Below, piece by piece: positions 48,268-58,188 of a stretch of 64,000 nucleotides of DNA. The notes under the pieces are model-generated. The model saw nothing but the letters and a program-made list of their open reading frames with translations. It did not search any database and was not told the DNA's origin. The stretch comes from a bacterium (GTDB lineage: Bacteria; UBA8248; JACPRG01; G963555815). The translations under genes and the position numbers were made by a program. The DNA lies in the NCBI GenBank assembly GCA_965261595.1, contig CBDHDG010000006.1, forward strand, positions 704,001-768,000, given 5' to 3'. Position 1 is the first letter of the stretch. Each line of letters starts with the position of its first letter.

Positions 48268-50481
48268 TCAATTCGGAGAGGGCGGCCCGCCGGGCGGGCG
48301 GATCTTTCCGCCTGTGATCGTCAGGATCTGCAGCCGCCGTTCGGCCGCGCCCGTAGGCCCGATGGAGAATTTTCCCGTGACGCCGTCGAAATCTTTCGTC
48401 GCCGCCAAGGCCGCGCGGAAGGCCGCCCGGTCGCCTCCCGCCGACGGGCGGGTCCGTCCCGCCGACGCGCGGGCTCGTCCCACCGATCGGAGGCCTGAGA
48501 GGAGAAACCGCATGGCGTCGTAGGTGTACGCGGAGGTCTCGGTCGGGACCTTGCCAAACGCCCGCTGGAAGTCGCGGACGAAACGCGCCCCTCGGGCGGT
48601 GGGCCGAAGCTGCGTATACCCGCCTACGAAATAGGCCCCTTCCACGTCCCGCTTCGCCAGGGCGACGATCTCCGAAGAGTTCCACCCCGCCCCGCCCAGG
48701 AGGTGGATTCCGCGAATGTTATAAAAGGCGAGACTGGGGATGATGAGGGCGACCTGGGCCGCGCGGTCCGGGATGAACAGTCCCTGAAAAGGAATGCCGG
48801 GAATTCGGACCGGTTTCAATCCCCGCGCCTTTCGCCCCTTCTTGATCCGCTCCACCTCTTCGTCATCCATTCCCACCAGGGCGCGGATTTGCCGGCCGAA
48901 ATCAGTGGCGCCTGGCGGATAGGAAGCCTCCCGGACAATGCGCCCCCCCAGCGCGGCGACGCGCCGGCGAAAGACCTCCCGCATCTCGATGCCCGACGGG
49001 TTCGACGGGTACAGGATCGCCAAATTGCGCAGCCCCAGCTTCCCGGCGGCGTACGCCGCGACGGCTTCCGCCTGGAGGGCGTAACCGACCCCCGTCCGGA
49101 AAACGTAGGGATCAACCGGCCGGGCGCCGCCCGATGGGGCGGCTGGAAGGACGAGAGGAACCCCGATCTCCTGGGCGGCCTTCGCGCCCGCCTCCACCTT
49201 CGAACCGGTGTACGGGCCCAGGATCGCCGTGGTCGCTGGATTGAGCGCAAGCTTTTTGACCTCCACGCCCGCGTCGGCGGCTCCGCCGGCGTCCCGCACT
49301 TGAAGCTTCACCCGGTCCGCGAAGGGACCGGCGTGCTGGAGCGCCAACTGAACGCCCCGCAACGCCTCCCGGCCGATGCCGGCGTTCTCTCCCGATAAGG
49401 ACAGCAGGATGCCGACGATCAGGACGGGCTCCCGGCCGGCGGGTTTCGATTCGGCCGCTTTCCCGGAGGCGGAATCATCGGCTTCAGACGCCGCGGATCG
49501 CCGGCGCGTCGGCGCGGGGGCCTCGGCCGGGATGACGGGAACGGACGCCTGCAAAAGGGTCCTGCCGGCCGGACCGCCCAGGGATTTCATCATCCGCTTG
49601 GCCCGCCCGGCGAGCAGATGTCCCTTGGCGTCGGTCAGAAAACTGCTCAAAAGAGACCGTGCGGACCCAGGCCGGCCGGCCGCCGCCAGAAGCTCCGCCC
49701 GGCGGACCGCCAGGAAACCGGCCGGAAATCCCCGGCCAAGCTTTCTTGACAGAAGCTCCAGGTCCGAGAGATCGAGGTCCCGGAAAATGATCTCAACGGT
49801 CCGCTGCTTAAGCCCGCGCCTCTCTTCGAACGATCGAAGGAGCGGGATGAGGGCGGCGAGGTGTTCCACGGCTTCCGCGGACCGCTTCCGCTCAAAACCC
49901 AGGCGGACGAGCGGGCGGAGTGTGGAGAGGCGGTCCGCGTCGGTCTCGGCCAGAAGCAGGGCCGTCCGGTAGTGGCGATTGGCGATTTCGAGCCGGCCGA
50001 GGGATCGCTGGATGGCTCCGGTCCATTGGTTGGCGCGCAGCCGGATGAGCTCCGGGTTGTCCGGACCCAGGTAGGGGGAGAACCGCCCGAGGGCCGCCGT
50101 AAAATCAGCCCGCTCGAAAGCGCTCCGCCCCAGGAACATGGAGGCGTTCGGCGCAAGGGGGCTGCGGGGATGCCGAAGCAAGAAAGTGCGCAGCAACCGT
50201 TCCCCCTGGGTCCGGTCTCCGGCCGCCAGCGCGCGTCGGCCCTTCTCGAAGAGCGCCTCCTCCCGGGGAGGGAATTTTCCGGCGGGCGGAGCGGGTTGGG
50301 GGATCGGGGCGCAGGAGAGGAGGGCCGTCAGAAGGAGACCCCCAAACAGCGTATGCAGGACCTTTCGGAAAGGTCTTCGCTTGGCGTTCAATTCCGGGGA
50401 CTCCGGCGGAAGGATTGAATTACTGAAGATCGAGTGTAAAGCACTCAAAAAATAATAGAAACCCATCCCTCGGCCTGTCAA
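48268..50481 (-). CDS. LpoA-like lipoprotein (TPR region plus periplasmic-binding domain)
   Basis: Lipobox LLSC, TPR-like helices, GILLSLSG...ILGP...F.GVTG; start uncertain. Confidence 0.72.
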   Translation of the reverse strand: MTGRGMGFYYFLSALHSIFSNSILPPESPELNAKRRPFRKVLHTLFGGLLLTALLSCAPIPQPAPPAGKFPPREEALFEKGRRALAAGDRTQGERLLRTFLLRHPRSPLAPNASMFLGRSAFERADFTAALGRFSPYLGPDNPELIRLRANQWTGAIQRSLGRLEIANRHYRTALLLAETDADRLSTLRPLVRLGFERKRSAEAVEHLAALIPLLRSFEERRGLKQRTVEIIFRDLDLSDLELLSRKLGRGFPAGFLAVRRAELLAAAGRPGSARSLLSSFLTDAKGHLLAGRAKRMMKSLGGPAGRTLLQASVPVIPAEAPAPTRRRSAASEADDSASGKAAESKPAGREPVLIVGILLSLSGENAGIGREALRGVQLALQHAGPFADRVKLQVRDAGGAADAGVEVKKLALNPATTAILGPYTGSKVEAGAKAAQEIGVPLVLPAAPSGGARPVDPYVFRTGVGYALQAEAVAAYAAGKLGLRNLAILYPSNPSGIEMREVFRRRVAALGGRIVREASYPPGATDFGRQIRALVGMDDEEVERIKKGRKARGLKPVRIPGIPFQGLFIPDRAAQVALIIPSLAFYNIRGIHLLGGAGWNSSEIVALAKRDVEGAYFVGGYTQLRPTARGARFVRDFQRAFGKVPTETSAYTYDAMRFLLSGLRSVGRARASAGRTRPSAGGDRAAFRAALAATKDFDGVTGKFSIGPTGAAERRLQILTITGGKIRPPGGPPSPN

Positions 50482-50711
50482 ATCGGCGAGGTGCGGCGCG
50501 GGGGGTCGACCCGGCGATCGGCATCGAGGTGAAACGTGCGCCCCGGAGGCCGCCGGATTCGCGATTCGGCGGCGCGGGGGAGGTTGTCAAACGGCGGCGC
50601 CACATATAATAGACAGGAGACTCAATCCCTCGGGCAAGACGGGCGGCGGCCCGAGACGAGCAGCGGCCCGAGACGGGCGACGGCCGTTGATGCGGTGGAA
50701 CGGATTCAACC

Positions 50712-51587
50712 TTGAGAAAGAGCGTTCGGATCGGAGAGGAGCTTTTTCGGCCCACCCAGCCCCGCCGGGAACGCGGACCGTGGCTGCACGTCCTTCTCTT
50801 CCTGACAACCGTCGTGACGACCGTAGGCGTCGGGGGCTCGGGCATCGGCCGGTTCTCTTTCTCCGAACCCTTTGATCTCGGAAACGGCATCGCCTTTTCG
50901 GCAACTTTACTCTTGATCCTGGGGACCCACGAGCTGGGTCACTACTTCGCGGCCCGGCGCTGGTTCATGCGGGTGTCGTTGCCCTATTTCATCCCGGTCC
51001 CATTCGCCCTGGGGACGATGGGGGCGTTCATCCGCCTTCGATCGCCCATCCCCAACCGGCGGGTGCTTTTGGATGTCGGGGCATCCGGGCCCCTGGCGGG
51101 CTTTGCGGTCGCCGTTCCCGCCGTGATCGTCGGGATCTACAACTCCAGGGTTTTGCCCCCGATGGACCTTCAGGGCGGAATCGCCTTGGGGGAGCCGCTT
51201 GTGTTCTCGTTTTTGGCGAAACTGATCCTGGGTGTCTCCAGCTCGGATTACACCATCCTCCTCCACCCTATTGCGCTGGCGGGGTGGCTGGGGCTGTTTG
51301 TGACCGCCCTGAACCTGCTGCCGATGGGCCAGCTCGACGGCGGCCACATTCTCTACGCCCTTCTTGGGCGCAGACAACATGTCGTTACGTTGGCGGCGGT
51401 CGCGGTTCTGGTCCTGCTGGCCTCTTTCTGGCTGGGGTGGCTGGTCTGGGTCGTGATCCCGTTCATCCTCGGCTTTCGTCACCCACCGTCTCTGGACGAC
51501 GATTTGCCGCTCGACCCCCGCCGGAAGGTCCTCGGGTGGATCTGCGTGGGCGTCTTTGCCGTCAGTTTCACTCCGATGCCGTTCTAG
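50712..51587 (+). CDS. Site-2 protease (M50 metalloprotease)
   Basis: HELGH, GPLAG, NLLPMGQLDGGH. Confidence 0.9.
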   Translation: MRKSVRIGEELFRPTQPRRERGPWLHVLLFLTTVVTTVGVGGSGIGRFSFSEPFDLGNGIAFSATLLLILGTHELGHYFAARRWFMRVSLPYFIPVPFALGTMGAFIRLRSPIPNRRVLLDVGASGPLAGFAVAVPAVIVGIYNSRVLPPMDLQGGIALGEPLVFSFLAKLILGVSSSDYTILLHPIALAGWLGLFVTALNLLPMGQLDGGHILYALLGRRQHVVTLAAVAVLVLLASFWLGWLVWVVIPFILGFRHPPSLDDDLPLDPRRKVLGWICVGVFAVSFTPMPF

Positions 51588-51746
51588 TTCTGAATGGCAG
51601 CCCACCCGGTCCGGACTTTGAATGTATTGAAAACGCTTGACTGGCGGATTCCGGTCTGATTCCATGAGGGGGGAAGCGGACGGAGGGCGCGGCGCGGGCG
51701 TGAAACGCGGGCCTGCCTGAGCACCGAGTCGGGACAGAGGATTTTC

Positions 51747-52799
51747 ATGGCCAATCAAAAAGGGCTGCTGCTTGGCCTGGACATCGGCGATCATGCCATT
51801 AAGCTCATTCAACTTCGGTGGGAGCAGGATGGTTTCTCCCTGGAAAGGCTCGGCAGAGGCACGCTGGATGAAGGCGTGATGCGGGCCGGGGAGATCGGGA
51901 ACGAAGACGCGCTGATCGAGGCCATTCAGAAGTTGATGGCGAAGGAGAGCGTCAAAGAGACCCGCGTGGCCGTTTCCCTTTCGGGCGGCGGCGTCGCGCT
52001 GCGAACCGTCTGGGTGCCTGAAACGGCCAAAGAGGAAATGGAGTCCCTCATCGCCTGGGAGGGGGAGCAGTACCTTCCCTCCCCCATCGAGGACCTGAAC
52101 CTGGACTATGTGATCCAGGGCGAGACCAATGAGGAGGGGAAACGATGGCTTCGGGTTCTCCTGGCCGGCGCCCGAAAGCCGTTTGTCGATAAATACCGTG
52201 ACGTGATCAGCCGGGCGGGTCTCAAGCCCATCGTCATGGACTGCACGCCCTTGGCCCTGGAAAACGGGTTCGAGGCCAGCGGCTCGACAAACGGAGACGA
52301 CAGCTTCCTGCTGCTGGATATCGGTTCACAACTGACCTATGCCCACACCGTGAGCGGGGGTCTTTCCCTGCTGACCCATCACTTTCTCCTGGGCGGGGAC
52401 GATTACACCCGCGCGGTCCAGGAAGGTCTGGACGTGGATTTCGACCAGGCCGAAGCGATCAAATGCGGCGGGGACCCGGACCATTCCGTGGGGTCCTTAA
52501 GCGGCTATCTCGATCCCGTGACCGACCGGATCGCCTCGGACCTCAAGCGCTTCCTTACCCTCTATGAGGCCGAGTGGGGCAACCTCCCGATTCAGGCCAT
52601 CATCCTGAGCGGCGGCGGCGGGCGTCTCCAGGGCCTGGAAGGCCGGCTGGCCCAAACCTTGGAGCTCCCCGTCGAGATCGCCAATCCCTTCGCCCAGGTC
52701 AGTTTCAGCGACCAGGAGTTCGACCCTTACTTCGTGGCCTCCATGGCCCCCATCTCGGTGATTGCGATGGGGCTGGCCGTCCGGTCCGTCGAGGGTTGA
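51747..52799 (+). CDS. pilM: Type IV pilus assembly protein PilM
   Basis: LGLDIG...IK, EQYLP, LLDIG, LSGGG, ANPF, GLA.R. Confidence 0.85.
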   Translation: MANQKGLLLGLDIGDHAIKLIQLRWEQDGFSLERLGRGTLDEGVMRAGEIGNEDALIEAIQKLMAKESVKETRVAVSLSGGGVALRTVWVPETAKEEMESLIAWEGEQYLPSPIEDLNLDYVIQGETNEEGKRWLRVLLAGARKPFVDKYRDVISRAGLKPIVMDCTPLALENGFEASGSTNGDDSFLLLDIGSQLTYAHTVSGGLSLLTHHFLLGGDDYTRAVQEGLDVDFDQAEAIKCGGDPDHSVGSLSGYLDPVTDRIASDLKRFLTLYEAEWGNLPIQAIILSGGGGRLQGLEGRLAQTLELPVEIANPFAQVSFSDQEFDPYFVASMAPISVIAMGLAVRSVEG

Positions 52800-52839
52800 T
52801 CCCACAACAGCGGCTTCAGCTTTGACGCAGGTCGATGCC

Positions 52840-53940
52840 ATGCGCACCATTTCCGTTCGTTTGGGCGGGCACCGCCATCCGGTCCTCATCGGCCCGAATC
52901 TGTTGGACCGCGTCGGCCGTCTAATGGCCGCGAGAGAGATCACCGGGCGGGCGATGGTGATCACGAACCCGGCGGTGGGCGGTCTGTACGCCGGGAGGCT
53001 TCGCAAGAGTCTGGACGGGGCGGGCATCCGGAATGAATGCTTTGAAATCCCGGACGGAGAATCCTACAAGAGCCTGGCTTGGTTCGCGAAGGCGCACCGG
53101 GCCATGGCCCGCGCCGGCCTCGACCGGGGCGGGACGGTCGTGGCCCTCGGCGGAGGCGTCGTCGGGGACGTGGGCGGCTTTCTGGCGGCCACGTACATGC
53201 GGGGGGTGGCGGCGGTGCAGGTCCCGACCAGCCTCATCGCCCAGGTCGACAGCAGCATCGGAGGCAAGACGGGCGTCAATCTGCCCGAAGGCAAGAACCT
53301 GGTCGGCGCGTTCCACCAGCCGGACCTTGTGGTCGTGGACCCGCTGACCCTGAAGACGCTCCCCGAGCGGGAATGGGTCTCGGGCATGGCCGAGGTCGTC
53401 AAGTACGGCGTCATCGCCGACGAGTCTTTCTTCGCGTTCGTCGAAGGCGCGCTGGAAAAATTGCGCGGCCTCCGGCCGAAGGCGCTCGAGACGGCCATCG
53501 AAACCTCCTGCCGAATCAAGGGGGCGATTGTAGAGACGGACGAGCGGGAATCGGGCCCCCGGGCCATCCTCAATTTCGGGCACACACTCGGCCACGCCCT
53601 GGAAACCCTGACCCGCTACCGCCGCTATACGCACGGCGAAGCCATCGGCATCGGAATGGCCTGGGCGGGACGGCTCTCGGCGGACCTGGGCCTGTGCGGC
53701 CGGGAGGATTCACGGCGGCTGACGAAGCTGCTCGGAAGGGTCGGTCTGCCCGTGGAGGCCCCCCGGTTGAACCGGCGGAGGTTCATGGAGGCGGTGGGCC
53801 GGGACAAGAAGGTCCGGGCCGGAGGGCCGCGGTTCGTTCTGATGCGGGCCCTGGGCCGGGTGGGCGTCTATGAGGATATCCCCGAGTCCGCCCTTTGGGA
53901 GTCGCTTCGGGACGGCGGCGGCCGCCCGGCGCGGGGTTGA
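52840..53940 (+). CDS. aroB: 3-dehydroquinate synthase
   Basis: GE..K, GGGVVGD..GF.AA, QVDSSIGGKTG, LNFGHTLGHA.E, HGEA. Confidence 0.95.
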   Translation: MRTISVRLGGHRHPVLIGPNLLDRVGRLMAAREITGRAMVITNPAVGGLYAGRLRKSLDGAGIRNECFEIPDGESYKSLAWFAKAHRAMARAGLDRGGTVVALGGGVVGDVGGFLAATYMRGVAAVQVPTSLIAQVDSSIGGKTGVNLPEGKNLVGAFHQPDLVVVDPLTLKTLPEREWVSGMAEVVKYGVIADESFFAFVEGALEKLRGLRPKALETAIETSCRIKGAIVETDERESGPRAILNFGHTLGHALETLTRYRRYTHGEAIGIGMAWAGRLSADLGLCGREDSRRLTKLLGRVGLPVEAPRLNRRRFMEAVGRDKKVRAGGPRFVLMRALGRVGVYEDIPESALWESLRDGGGRPARG

Positions 53941-53965
53941 CGTGAAAAGCCCCCCTTTCTAGACT
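53937..53965 (+). promoter_or_regulatory. Sigma70-type promoter for aroQ
   Basis: TTGACG-N17-TAGACT. Confidence 0.5.
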
Positions 53966-54038
53966 CTCGGCGGGAGGGCCCCGCTGCGGGGGGGGGCTCC
54001 CGTGAGGGCGGAACCGCCTCGACGGACAAAGGAAAACC

Positions 54039-54491
54039 GTGGCAAAAATCCTTGTCATTCATGGGCCGAATTTGAATCTGCTGGGCAAACGCGAGCCGGA
54101 GACATACGGCCGGGAGACCCTGGAAGAAATCAACGCGTGTCTCCAGGCCCTGGCCGCCGCCGAAGGGGTCGCGCTCGAAACCTTTCAGAGCAACCATGAG
54201 GGGGAGCTCATCGACCGCGTTCACGCGGCCTGCGGGGAGGCGGATTTCATCGTGATCAATCCCGGCGGCTACACCCATGTGAGCGTGGCCCTGCGCGACG
54301 CTCTGAGCGCCGTCGCGATCCCCGTGATCGAGGTTCACCTTTCCAACATCTATGCCCGTGAGGAATTCCGCCGCACTTCACTGGTCGCGCCCGTGGCCAC
54401 GGGTCAGATTGTCGGATTCGGCCCCTTGAGTTACGAGCTGGCGGTCCGGGCCGCGTTGAGCCGAATGGCCGCGGATGGGGGGACGGCCTAG
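54039..54491 (+). CDS. aroQ: Type II 3-dehydroquinate dehydratase
   Basis: HGPNLNLLG.REP..YG, QSNHEG, NPGGYTH.S, EVHLSN. Confidence 0.95.
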   Translation: MAKILVIHGPNLNLLGKREPETYGRETLEEINACLQALAAAEGVALETFQSNHEGELIDRVHAACGEADFIVINPGGYTHVSVALRDALSAVAIPVIEVHLSNIYAREEFRRTSLVAPVATGQIVGFGPLSYELAVRAALSRMAADGGTA

Positions 54492-54582
54492 CGCGCCGCC
54501 TCCGAAATGCGTTGAAACTTCACGAATTGCAGAGAAGGCCTGCGAGTGCCGTAGGAGTTGAAGGCGAGAAAGTCATCCTATC

Positions 54583-55653
54583 GTGAACCATGAAAAACGG
54601 GTGGAAGCCCTGCGGAAAACCCTCAAGGCCGAGGAAGGGTTTCTCGTCACGTCCCGGGAGAACGTGCGCTACCTCTCGGGTTTCACGGGCACAGCCGGAA
54701 CCGTGTTCATTTCGCCGGACCGCGCGGTCTTCCTGACGGATTTCCGCTATCTTTCCCAGTCGGAGGAAGAGGTCTCCGGCATGGAACGGAAGGTCTACGC
54801 GAAGCGCCTGGAAGCCCTCGCCGAGACGGCGGCCGACAGCGGGATCTCCCGCCTGAAGTTCGAGGCGGATAGCGTCTATTACGGGGCCTATGAGGAGATC
54901 CGCGACGCCCTGAAAGGGATCGAGCTGACGCCGGCGAAAGAGGTCGTCGAAGGTCTGCGCCGCGTCAAAGACGGCGACGAGCTGGCGGCCATGCGCCGAG
55001 CGGTGGAGATTACGGCGCGGGCCTGGGAGGAAATGGCGGCCGCCCCCATGGCGGGGGTCCGGGAAATGGACATTTCCATCGATCTGGAATTCCGCCTGAA
55101 ACGCGCCGGCTCGGAGAAAGCGCCTTTCGATTTCATCGTCGCGTCGGGTCCGAGGGGAGCCCTCCCGCACGGCGTCGCCTCGGAGCGGCGCGTCCAAACC
55201 GGGGAGCTCGTGACGTTCGACTTCGGCGCCTGCGTCCACGGTTATTTTTCCGACCTGACGCGGACCGTGGCGGTCGGGCCGGTGTCGGAGGAGCTGCGGA
55301 GGATGTATGACCTGGTCCTCGAGGCCAACCGGGCGGGCATCGCGGCCGTCCGGCCGGGCGCTCGCGCCGGGGAGGTGGACGCGGCGGCGAGGGGCGTGAT
55401 CGAGCGGGCCGGTTACGGGGAGCGCTTCGGCCACGGAACGGGCCACGGCCTGGGGCTCGAAATCCACGAGAACCTCCGCATCGCCCGGGGGCAGGACCGG
55501 GAGCTGGTCCGCGACATGGTGTTCACCGTCGAGCCGGGGATCTACGCGCCCGAGGTGGGGGGCGTCCGAATCGAGGACATGGTGCGGGTGACCGAGGACG
55601 GGGCCGAGGTCCTGACGTCGGACATTTCAAAAGACCTGATCGTACTGGAATAG
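54583..55653 (+). CDS. Xaa-Pro aminopeptidase (M24B)
   Basis: YLSGFTG, D.G....Y.SD.TRT, HG.GHG.GL..HE, TVEPGIY, RIED. Confidence 0.92.
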   Translation: MNHEKRVEALRKTLKAEEGFLVTSRENVRYLSGFTGTAGTVFISPDRAVFLTDFRYLSQSEEEVSGMERKVYAKRLEALAETAADSGISRLKFEADSVYYGAYEEIRDALKGIELTPAKEVVEGLRRVKDGDELAAMRRAVEITARAWEEMAAAPMAGVREMDISIDLEFRLKRAGSEKAPFDFIVASGPRGALPHGVASERRVQTGELVTFDFGACVHGYFSDLTRTVAVGPVSEELRRMYDLVLEANRAGIAAVRPGARAGEVDAAARGVIERAGYGERFGHGTGHGLGLEIHENLRIARGQDRELVRDMVFTVEPGIYAPEVGGVRIEDMVRVTEDGAEVLTSDISKDLIVLE

Positions 55654-55704
55654 ACCCGCCGGGGAGAGCCCCGGCGAGAAACATGGGGCGAGCCAGGAGG
55701 AGCC

Positions 55705-56271
55705 GTGGGAACCGCGTCGACAACCGAATTTCGAAGCAACTTCAAGATAGAAATGGAGGGCGAGCCCTTCATCATCATCGATTGTCAGCACGTCAAGCCC
55801 GGCAAAGGGGCGGCGTTCGTCAAGACCCGAATCAAGAGTCTCCGGACGGGTCTGGTGCAGGACAAGACCTTCCGCTCCGGGGACAAGGTCGATACGCCCG
55901 ACCTGGATGAACGGGCCATGCAGTATCTCTACCCGGACGGAGACCGGTACTGCTTCATGGACACCAAGACCTACGAGCAGGAATTCCTCACCCGGGATCA
56001 GCTGGGGGACGCCGCCAAGTGGCTCCAGGAAAACCTGGAGGTCGCGATCCTGTTCCACAACGGTCTGCCCATCGGTGTGGATGTGCCCAACTTCGTCACG
56101 CTGAAGATCGCCCAGACGGACCCGGGCGTCCGGGGCGACACGGCGGTGGGCGGGACAAAGCCCGCCACGCTGGAAACCGGGACGGTGGTGATGGTTCCGC
56201 TTTTCATCGAAGAAGGGGAATCCCTCCGGATCGACACCCGGACGGGGGAATACGTCGAGCGGGCCAAATGA
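55705..56271 (+). CDS. efp: Translation elongation factor P
   Basis: HVKPGKGAAFV, PGVRGDT, KPATLETG, Y..RA. Confidence 0.97.
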   Translation: MGTASTTEFRSNFKIEMEGEPFIIIDCQHVKPGKGAAFVKTRIKSLRTGLVQDKTFRSGDKVDTPDLDERAMQYLYPDGDRYCFMDTKTYEQEFLTRDQLGDAAKWLQENLEVAILFHNGLPIGVDVPNFVTLKIAQTDPGVRGDTAVGGTKPATLETGTVVMVPLFIEEGESLRIDTRTGEYVERAK

Positions 56272-56454
56272 GGAGGGTCTCCGCCATCAACCCCAGGGTG
56301 GGACATTCGATCCGCCGCCGGTCCCCGCCGTTCCTCAAACATCCGAAGACCCATCAGGGTTCGGCCTCTCTCCTTTCTGATTCATCCGCGTCTTTGCGGA
56401 TGACTTTGCGGTCTCTCCACGGGCCGGGAGATCCTTCACGCTGAGGGAAAACCC

Positions 56455-58188
56455 ATGGAATGGCTCTTCGATCTGATCGACACGATCAACGCCTTTGTCT
56501 GGGGACCCTGGATGATGGTCCTGGTGCTCGGGACCGGTCTGTGGCTCAGCATCGGCACCGGCGCCATCCAGTTGCGCAAGTTCGGCACAGCCGTCCGGCT
56601 GACGGTCCGGAGCGCGGTCCACAAGGATCGGGACGATCTCGGTCCAGGAGAGATCACCCCCTTCCAGGCCCTCATGACCGCCCTGTCAGCGACCGTGGGC
56701 AACGGCAACATCGCCGGCGTGGCAACGGCCATTGCGCTGGGCGGGGTCGGGGCGCCCGTGTGGATGTGGATCACGGGTCTGGTGGGGATGGCGACCAAGT
56801 ACGCCGAGGCCTACCTGGGGGTGAAATACCGCCAAACGCTTCCGAACGGATCCCTGGCGGGCGGGCCGATGTACTTTCTGGAACACGGCCTGGGGGTGAA
56901 GTGGCTGGCCTGGCTGTTCGCCCTGTTCGGCGCGATCACGGCCCTGGTGAGCGGCAACATGGTCCAGGCCAACTCGGCGGCCCTGGTCCTCCAGACCCAG
57001 CTCAGCGTTCCCCTGTGGGTCTCCGGCGTCGTCCTGGCCGTCCTCACGTACTTGGTGATCATCGGCGGGGTGAAGCGGATCAGCCACGTGGCCGCGGTTC
57101 TGGTTCCGATCATGTGCACCATCTACCTGCTGGGCGGATTGGTCCTCATCCTGATTCGCATCGCCGACCTCCCGGCCGCCTTCGCCCTGATTTTCAATAG
57201 CGCCTTCTCGGGCCAGGCGGCGGCGGGCGGGTTCGCGGGGGCCGCGATGGCGCAGACCATGCGGTACGGCGTGGCCCGGGGGATCTTCTCCAATGAAGCG
57301 GGCCTGGGTTCGGCCTCCATCGCCCACGGGGCGGCCATGACCCGCGACCCGGCGCGCCAGGGCGTCATCGCCATGCTGGGCGTCTTTATCGACACCTTTC
57401 TGGTGAACACCGTCACCACGCTCTCCATCGTCTTGACCGGCGTGTGGGTCACCGGTCTGACGAGCACCGCCCTCACGGCCGAGGGCTTCAGCACGGTCAT
57501 GGGAAGCGCGGGCGGGTGGATCGTGGCCTTCGGGTCCATCACCTTCGCCTACAGCACGCTCCTGGCCTGGTCCTATTACGGTCTCCAGTGCATCGAGTAC
57601 ATCTTTGGGGTTCGCGCCTCCCTGCCCTATCGTTGGGTGTGGTGTCTCATGATTATCGCCGGGGCCCTGCTCTCCAGTGACGTGGCCGGGATCAAGTTCA
57701 TCTGGAACTTGGCGGATACGATGAACGGCGCCATGGCGATCCCGAACGTCGTGGGGCTTCTCGGCCTGAGCCTTCTCGTTTTCCGGGGGACCCGGTCGTA
57801 TTTCGGACGCGAGGGTTCAAGCCGGCCCTGGTCGGCAAATTCGGAAAACACACGCCCTCATCCACGCGGGCGGTTTCGGAGAAAAGCCCCGATCCGGCGC
57901 ACCTCCAAGCCCTTCATCCGGCGCGCCCGGCGACCGATGCGCGGGGACCCTCCCGGTTCACCCGCGAGTTCGCATGCGTTGGCGTCATCGAGCGGGACGG
58001 GGCCGAGTGATTTTTCCGCCGGGATTTGCGCAACCCCGAGCGGGCATGGTAAAGAGGGCGCCCGCGATAAAAGCCTCGGCGGGACCACTGGGCGCGCGCC
58101 CCCTCGCCGGAGCGCCGTTTCGCAATCCACATGCCATGCGGGTTTGATTTCCTCCGGAGAGGCGGGAACGCGTCATGTCGAAGATTGA
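56455..58188 (+). CDS. Alanine/glycine:cation symporter (AGCS); family homology ends near 57810
   Basis: ATVG.GNIAGVA, GGPMY, RGIFSNEAGLGS, MAIPN..GL; the last ~120 aa look like a read-through tail. Confidence 0.85.
   Translation: MEWLFDLIDTINAFVWGPWMMVLVLGTGLWLSIGTGAIQLRKFGTAVRLTVRSAVHKDRDDLGPGEITPFQALMTALSATVGNGNIAGVATAIALGGVGAPVWMWITGLVGMATKYAEAYLGVKYRQTLPNGSLAGGPMYFLEHGLGVKWLAWLFALFGAITALVSGNMVQANSAALVLQTQLSVPLWVSGVVLAVLTYLVIIGGVKRISHVAAVLVPIMCTIYLLGGLVLILIRIADLPAAFALIFNSAFSGQAAAGGFAGAAMAQTMRYGVARGIFSNEAGLGSASIAHGAAMTRDPARQGVIAMLGVFIDTFLVNTVTTLSIVLTGVWVTGLTSTALTAEGFSTVMGSAGGWIVAFGSITFAYSTLLAWSYYGLQCIEYIFGVRASLPYRWVWCLMIIAGALLSSDVAGIKFIWNLADTMNGAMAIPNVVGLLGLSLLVFRGTRSYFGREGSSRPWSANSENTRPHPRGRFRRKAPIRRTSKPFIRRARRPMRGDPPGSPASSHALASSSGTGPSDFSAGICATPSGHGKEGARDKSLGGTTGRAPPRRSAVSQSTCHAGLISSGEAGTRHVED

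Noticed and set aside
57810..58188. C-terminal extension of the AGCS symporter as a novel domain
   Set aside because: Low-complexity R/P/G/S-rich sequence typical of translated intergenic DNA; more likely a lost stop codon or sequencing error
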